Assembly: GCF_009914755.1 (NCBI RefSeq)
Contig: NC_060926.1
Direction: 5' to 3' (one strand)
From: the human T2T-CHM13v2.0 reference genome, Homo sapiens
DNA length: 64,000 bases
A program made the position numbers and the translations under genes. Below are positions 58,020 through 64,000 of the stretch, one piece after another (the stretch's first letter is position 1; each line of letters begins with the position of its first letter). The notes below the pieces were generated by a model. That model saw only the letters and a list, made by a program, of their open reading frames with translations, made no database searches and had not been told where the DNA came from.

Positions 58020-58210
58020 GATGCTTCATAGAAATTAACTCATGCAGCCTTCATGACCACCCTTGAGGTTGGTAGGTGGTGTCATCCCCAAAACACAGCT
58101 GAAGAAACTGGGATGCAGAGATACTGAGTGCTTTGCTGAAGGTCACCAAGCAAGTAAAGGAGGGAGGTGGGATTGAAACAGCAGGTGACCCTAAGGCTCT
58201 TCTGCATCTC
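58020..58210 (-). mobile_element. MIR
   Basis: 'catccccaaaacacagctgaagaaactggg...aaggtcacc...gggattgaaac'. Confidence 0.7.
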
Positions 58211-58431
58211 TCCCCATCACCAAGCACAGAGCATGAGGCCTGACTGTGTCTGCAGGAGGAGATCGGGGCCTGAGGGGAGGGAAATGTTGTGGAGAGCAAA
58301 AGCAGAAGAGCCCCAGCAGAAGCAGATGCCTGGAGGAACACCTTTGAAACAAAGTCTAAAAATATCATGTCTCTGATTATGGTTCAGAAAGATTCCCATT
58401 TGGGTGTGGGCTTATGTAAGTTTGTGTGTGA

Positions 58432-58434
<3 letters not shown>

Positions 58435-58474
<40 letters not shown>
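58435..58474. repeat. (GT)20 microsatellite
   Basis: Uninterrupted GT run. Confidence 0.95.
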
Positions 58475-58476
<2 letters not shown>

Positions 58477-59566
58477 GGAGCTGGAAAGGGGGAGGTGATG
58501 GTCCCTCTTTCTAGGTCCCTGCAGTGGTTCTTCCCTGCACCTCCCATGACAGCAAGAATGCATGGTTCCTCTCTGACACCTCCCTAACTGAAGACTCCAG
58601 GCTCCAGTGGGCCATGGCCAACCAAGTCCCTGGGAGGCACAGCTGCCTAAGCCACAGGCGGCTGGCAGAGGGGCTCAGCGTCACCCTCCAGAGAATAATC
58701 CTCCTCCCAGTCTTCTCATCTGCAGCAGTCAAGGGTGAGAAGGAGCCAGGGAATGACAGAACAAAAGCAGAAAGCTCACCAGACCACAAACCAACCTCAA
58801 CCAGCTCTTGTCTAAGACACCGCTAAAGAGCTAATCCTCCTGAAATCCACCGAAGGGTTTTAGAGATGGCGGCACTTCCTGCTTTACAGAACACAGCCAC
58901 TGTATGGTGATCGCCTTGCTTGGAAATTTTTAGCATGGTCAATATAATGGCTTTACTTATAGGTGCTCTTTTGAAATTCAGCAAAATGTTGTTACCAGAC
59001 TGCCTCCAGGAAACAGAGAATTCTCAGCCACAGCTATTGGAGAAGCACTTTTTAAATGTTATTTTCTGCATGAAGGTATAAAATTATGATACGTCATCCT
59101 AATCCAACCCTGTTCCTGTGTCTTTGCCAGACTGTAGGAACAGTCTTCTGCTTCTGGAGTCATAATTATTATGTATTACTAGTTACATCATCAGCACACC
59201 ACCAAATCAACAGTGCCAGAAAATGTCCGGAGATGTATGATCACCTTCCATTTAGCTTTCAAGAATGGAGAGTCCTGACCACTGAAGACTGAGTTCAATG
59301 GCATCCCAAAGCCCATCCCATGAAATACTACGATAATATATCAGCAACTTTTACATTAGCAACGTTTCCATATCTAAGCCCTAATTTTAAGAGAAAATAA
59401 CACTGCTGGAGAAATCAGCAAACTAATCCAGGTAGGCTTTATTTCTACTGAGTTATAGAAAAACATATAAAACACAAATCAAAAACCAATATATCTTAGA
59501 ACCCTCAGGGTGATGATGATTTAGATGATAATGTTTTCATGTCCATCCATAAGAAGCTGCCTGGGG

Positions 59567-59914
<348 letters not shown>

Positions 59915-60013
59915 TCAGCATTTTGACCTTTGGGACAATGTATATTCTTCTCTTTGCCTGAAATTTATTCTCATTGTTAATAAATCTGCTCAAAAGTTAT
60001 CTCCCCTATGAAA

Positions 60014-60092
60014 TTCTCTCTCTCTGTGTGTATGTGTATGTCTGTCTGTCTATCTATCTCTGTTTCTTTCTCTCTCTCTCACACACACACAC
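60014..60092. repeat. Compound (CT)/(TG)/(TCTR)/(CA) simple repeat
   Basis: Direct reading. Confidence 0.8.
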
Positions 60093-60219
60093 AGAGTTTG
60101 CCTGTCCCTGATCCTACATCACGTACGCTTCCTTAACTCCAATCTCACTGTTTATAATGCATTATTCGTGCATTTGTTCTCCCCGATCTATTACATTTTT
60201 ATTGTTGTCTTAAGAACAC

Positions 60220-60582
60220 TGTTTATGCCTGTACCGGCTTATATAACAATGTACCATCAACTAGATGCTTTTAAACAACTGAAATTTATTTCTTACAGTT
60301 CTGGAAGCTGGAAGTCCAAGATCAAAGTGCCGGCAGATTCGCAGATTCTGTGTCTGGTGAGGGGCCATTTTCGGGTTCATAGACAGTGCTTTCTTACTGA
60401 GTTCTCACATGGTGGAAGGGGCAAGACAGCTGTCTCTGGATCCTCTTTTACAAGGACACTAGTCCCATTCACAAGGGCTCCACCCTCACGATCTCATCAC
60501 CTCCCAAAACTTCCACTTTATGTGGGGAGTTTGGTTTCACCGTGATGAATTTCAGGGGGACACTATGATTCAGACCATAGCA
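60220..60582 (-). mobile_element. MaLR solo LTR MLT1A0-like
   Basis: 'aaatttatttcttacagttctggaagctggaagtccaagatcaaagtgccggcagatt...attcagaccatagca'. Confidence 0.88.
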
Positions 60583-60611
60583 TACATTTCACATGAGTTC
60601 TACTCTCTGAA

Positions 60612-60735
60612 TCCATTTTTAAGTGCAGAATAAAGTATTATTAGCTATAGGAACAATATTGTTCAGCAGATCTCTAAAACGTATTCAGCTTTTATAATTG
60701 AAACTTTATGCCCGTTGAACAGCAACTCTTCTTGA
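60612..60735 (-). mobile_element. L1MA/MB 3' end fragment
   Basis: 'gtattattagctatagg...cagcagatctcta...aattgaaactttatgcccgttgaac'. Confidence 0.75.
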
Positions 60736-60749
60736 AGGCAAGAAGTTTC

Positions 60750-60890
60750 GGTTGGGCGCAGGGGCTCATGCCTGTAATCCCAACCTTTTTGTAAGCAGTG
60801 AGCTATGAACACACCACTGCACTCCCGTCTGAGCCACAGAATGAGACTGTGTCTCAAAAACAAAACCAAACAAAAACCAAATAAACCAAA
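60750..60890 (+). mobile_element. Internally deleted AluJ/FAM-type element
   Basis: Alu 5' ~40 nt joined directly to the 3' 'gcagtgagctatga...gtctcaaaaa'. Confidence 0.75.
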
Positions 60891-61174
60891 AGGACTTTTT
60901 TCTCACTCTTTCTATTTCATTTAACTACCATTTCTGAACATTTACAGTACACAAATGACAGTTAAATCTGGAATATAAAATCACTATTCTGAAAGAGTTG
61001 ATAATCTAACAGGGTAGAAAGAAAAAATAATTTTATTCCGGAAAAATATATTGTGTGGAATTTGTCTTCATATAGGGATAATGAACAGACCACATTTACT
61101 TGTTATATTCACGTGATGATTGCAAACTTCATATGATTTTTTTCCTTTGAAACTATCATTTTAAAAGATTTGGT

Positions 61175-61302
61175 CACTAGCTAGTATGTTTCTTGATGAA
61201 AGAAACAAAGTCTCTATTATCTAGCATTTCTATTACCAGTGCCCAGTAGGAACCAGGGATCAAGTGAGAATTCCATAAATAATTGTTACCTGAATGAATG
61301 AA
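61175..61302 (+). mobile_element. L2 3' end
   Basis: 'ccagtgcccagtagg...ataaataattgtt...tgaatgaatgaa'. Confidence 0.6.
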
Positions 61303-62229
61303 CTTACAATTGTATGCATGTCTCTACTGATAAGACATATTTGCATGTTGGCCAATCACATAGAGTTTTGCTTTTAATAAATGGTTTGGACTGAAATACT
61401 TCAAATAAAGAAAAGTGCAGCATCTTGAAAGTTCTTTAAAATGATCCTTTCTCTTTGGGTTGCCAGAGGATCAAATAATTCTCCTATACTCAAATAGAGA
61501 ATCAGACTACCCTCTTTTATCTTCATTTGGATGTTTCTCCAAAATGTTCTCAATGCTTCCTTTTCAAACCTAGACTTTGATGACAACATTACTTCTCATC
61601 TCCTTGTAAGCACAAGTTTGGCCCTTTTAGATGCCATGAGTGTTTAACAATTTAAGTTCCTTTAGATGCCTGAAACAACTAATTTCTCACTGGGGGTATA
61701 AACCTTTATATTTATTGCCACTAATTTACTAAATGAATTGTGTTCATATTCTTTTTGTAACCTTCATAGAAAGAAATTAAGATTAGATGCTGCTATTTCA
61801 AAAGTGATCTGAACACCCTGCTGTTTTCATCTTTTACAATATTTAGGATACTACCTCCCAATAATCTGTTTGTAAAAACGAATCAATTATCAACAACATG
61901 ACTTTCTCATGAATAATTAAAAGAAACAACAACACAAAGGAGGGTTCCACCAGAAACCAGTACATCGCTTCAAAAATCTTAAGAGTGCTTTGCAAAACTC
62001 TGCATGAAGTGCCTAATTCAAAGAAGCTTGAGACTTTTAATTCCAGGTCGACTCTGTCTAGAATACAATCAGAAGAATTTCTGCTTTCCAGTTGCCTATG
62101 GCTGAGATTCCCCTTGGGAATGAGTTTATCGTTTTGGAAGACAGGAGGGCTTTTTGGTTCCAGCAAGGCTCCATTTGGCAAATTAGTGAGCCAATGTATT
62201 TTGTGATGTCCTGATTAAAGAACAAAATG

Positions 62230-62355
62230 AGCCAGGTGTGGTGGCTTTTACCTGTATTCCCAGCACTTTGGGAGGAAGAGGTGGGAGATCACTTGAGGCC
62301 AGGAGTTCAAGACTAGCCTGGGCAATATAGCAAGACTCCAACTCAAAAAAAAATT
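62230..62355 (+). mobile_element. FLAM_C free left Alu monomer
   Basis: 'gatcacttgaggccaggagttcaagactagcctgggcaatatagcaagac' plus A tail; flanks gaacaaaa / gaacaaaa. Confidence 0.85.
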
Positions 62356-62509
62356 AATAATGAACAAAACAAAACAACACTACTTAAATTTCTGTAAGTA
62401 CTGTGTACTCATCATCAAAATGATGCAAATCACTGTAATTTTCCTGTAAACAATTTTTAATAAGAAAAATCTGTGAAAAAGTAAAAAATCTATTAATAAT
62501 TTAATTTAA

Positions 62510-62665
62510 AATTTTAGTTCTGACTCTTATTAGCTATGAGAAGCTACATGAATTATTTAAGCTTTCTTGAATTTCTTGATCTGCAAAATTAAAATAAGAA
62601 TGCCTATTTCATAAAACAGTTAAAAAGTCAAAATGAGAGAGAGTCATGAAAAAAATCTCTGAAAA
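62510..62665 (+). mobile_element. MIR
   Basis: 'ttattagctatg...tttcttgatctgcaaaatt...aagaatgcctatttcata'. Confidence 0.6.
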
Positions 62666-62708
62666 ATAGAACTTCTTTTCTCTTTCTATCTTTAAAAGAG
62701 CATATAGG

Positions 62709-62755
62709 GTGTGTGTGTGTGCATGCATGTGTGTGATTGTGTGCATGTGTGTGTG
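62709..62755. repeat. Interrupted (TG)n
   Basis: Direct reading. Confidence 0.8.
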
Positions 62756-63154
62756 GTCAGTTTGTAATAATTCAGGTCATTTTTTCACTTCTTTTCCACT
62801 TGTTAAATGAGATATGAGGCTTGTAGTAATGACCCAGAGGACTCTAAAGTACTTTCTTCACTTCTTAAAAAGATCAGATTATAAATTACAGATTCAAGAA
62901 TTAATAGTTGTTTCCTGAATCTTTTCATATATTTGGAAAGTATTTATTAATGGCCAAAAATGTGACAATTATTATGTATTCTGTATGTAAGACGCTTCAT
63001 AATGTTCTTTTCATTAGAATGTGGACCTTACCACATTCTGGTCCATCAGGATCATGTTATTTTATGAGTTATTTGTTCCTTGACAAAGTCAGGAAGACAT
63101 ATTGTGCACAACAATGAGAATAGGCAAAGCAATGATTCATTCGTTACTGGATAC

Positions 63155-63328
63155 TTTTCCCTCTCTCCATCCTGCATCGTTATAGAATCCCCTAGAAAGC
63201 TTTCAAGAAAATTAATTCAAGGGTCACATCTCAGACCAAGTAAGATCTTGATGGTGAGACCCAGATGTTGAAGTTTCCTAAACTCCTAACTGGATTCTTC
63301 AATGTATAGTCAGAGTTGAAAACCACTG
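63155..63328. mobile_element. MER5A-like MITE
   Basis: 'tagaatcccctagaaagcttt...cagacca...gagttgaaaaccactg' followed by 'ctcta'. Confidence 0.75.
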
Positions 63329-63359
63329 CTCTAAATGTATTATATAAACCTGCCTTCTT

Positions 63360-63482
63360 CCCAACTAGGCTAAAACTTTCTTAACAACAAAGTCAAGGCA
63401 TGACGTTATCATTATATCCCCTTTTACCTAGTACAATTCCTAGCACAAAATTAGTAACTCATAAATGTCTGTGAAAATAAGT
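63360..63482 (+). mobile_element. L2 3' end
   Basis: 'caactaggct...tatcccc...acctagtacaattcctagcaca...ataaatgtctgtgaa'. Confidence 0.6.
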
Positions 63483-64000
63483 GTTTTAATATTGATGGTC
63501 TCTGCCACCAACAGGATTTTAAGTCCCTGGATGGTCAGGTATTTATAAAACCTCAAACATAACAAAATACTCTGTAATTGGCTAATGTTTATAAGTGTTT
63601 CTTGAAGCTACTATAGTCCAATTTCAAGCAATCAAGTACTTGGAGAAGCTTTTTATAAATGAAGAAGTTTGGGTGGTCAATCTCTGGTATGGAGACACAT
63701 AAGTATTCTGGATAATACAGCATGACTCTGCAAAAGAATAATTTTGTTTTAGTCTTCCTTGAGTTTTTAGTACTTGGTATTGAAAATAATCAATACAGGT
63801 ATATAAGATGAATTTATGAGTAAATAACCAAATAAGTAGAGAAAGTATATTTTCATGCAAAAGGTAACTTTTTTTTTGCAGATGTGTGAAATGCTATGAC
63901 TTATATTTTAACAAGAACATTCTGGGGACTGTATTAAAAACATTGTGAAGTAGGTTAAAGACAAACTGGGTAAAAGCAGGAAGATTATTGCAGTCATCCA

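Noticed and set aside
62230-62355. 7SL RNA gene
   Set aside because: No S domain; the A-tail and flanking repeat identify a FLAM retrocopy.

Overview
Primate non-coding genomic DNA, probably catarrhine (an AluY-like fragment and an L1PA5 are present). It is intergenic or deep intronic; species and locus cannot be determined from the sequence. I find no credible protein-coding gene, RNA gene or CRISPR array, and the only recognisable protein homologies in the ORF track are broken LINE-1 ORF1/ORF2 pieces and Alu-derived frames. The window is a layered transposon landscape. It holds a ~6.3 kb old L1PA16/17-like element (+) inserted into an L2, a 5'-truncated L1PA5 (-) with a 13-bp TSD, and a short 5'-inverted (twin-primed) L1. 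It also holds about 14 Alu/FLAM copies or fragments, solo MaLR/ERVL LTRs (MLT1, MSTA, MLT2A, LTR16/LTR33-like), hAT MITEs (MER5, MER30, MER58), many MIR/L2 remnants and microsatellites. Subfamily calls come from recalled diagnostic bases, not alignments. I cannot support a new biological system. The most unusual signals seen directly are perfect short-spacer inverted repeats, including a 32-bp inverted copy of locally diverged L1 sequence, which fit template-switch mutagenesis. Several repeat-free islands also carry strong regulatory motifs (extended CTCF, paired PBX/PKNOX, POU MORE, YY1+ETS, CRE).
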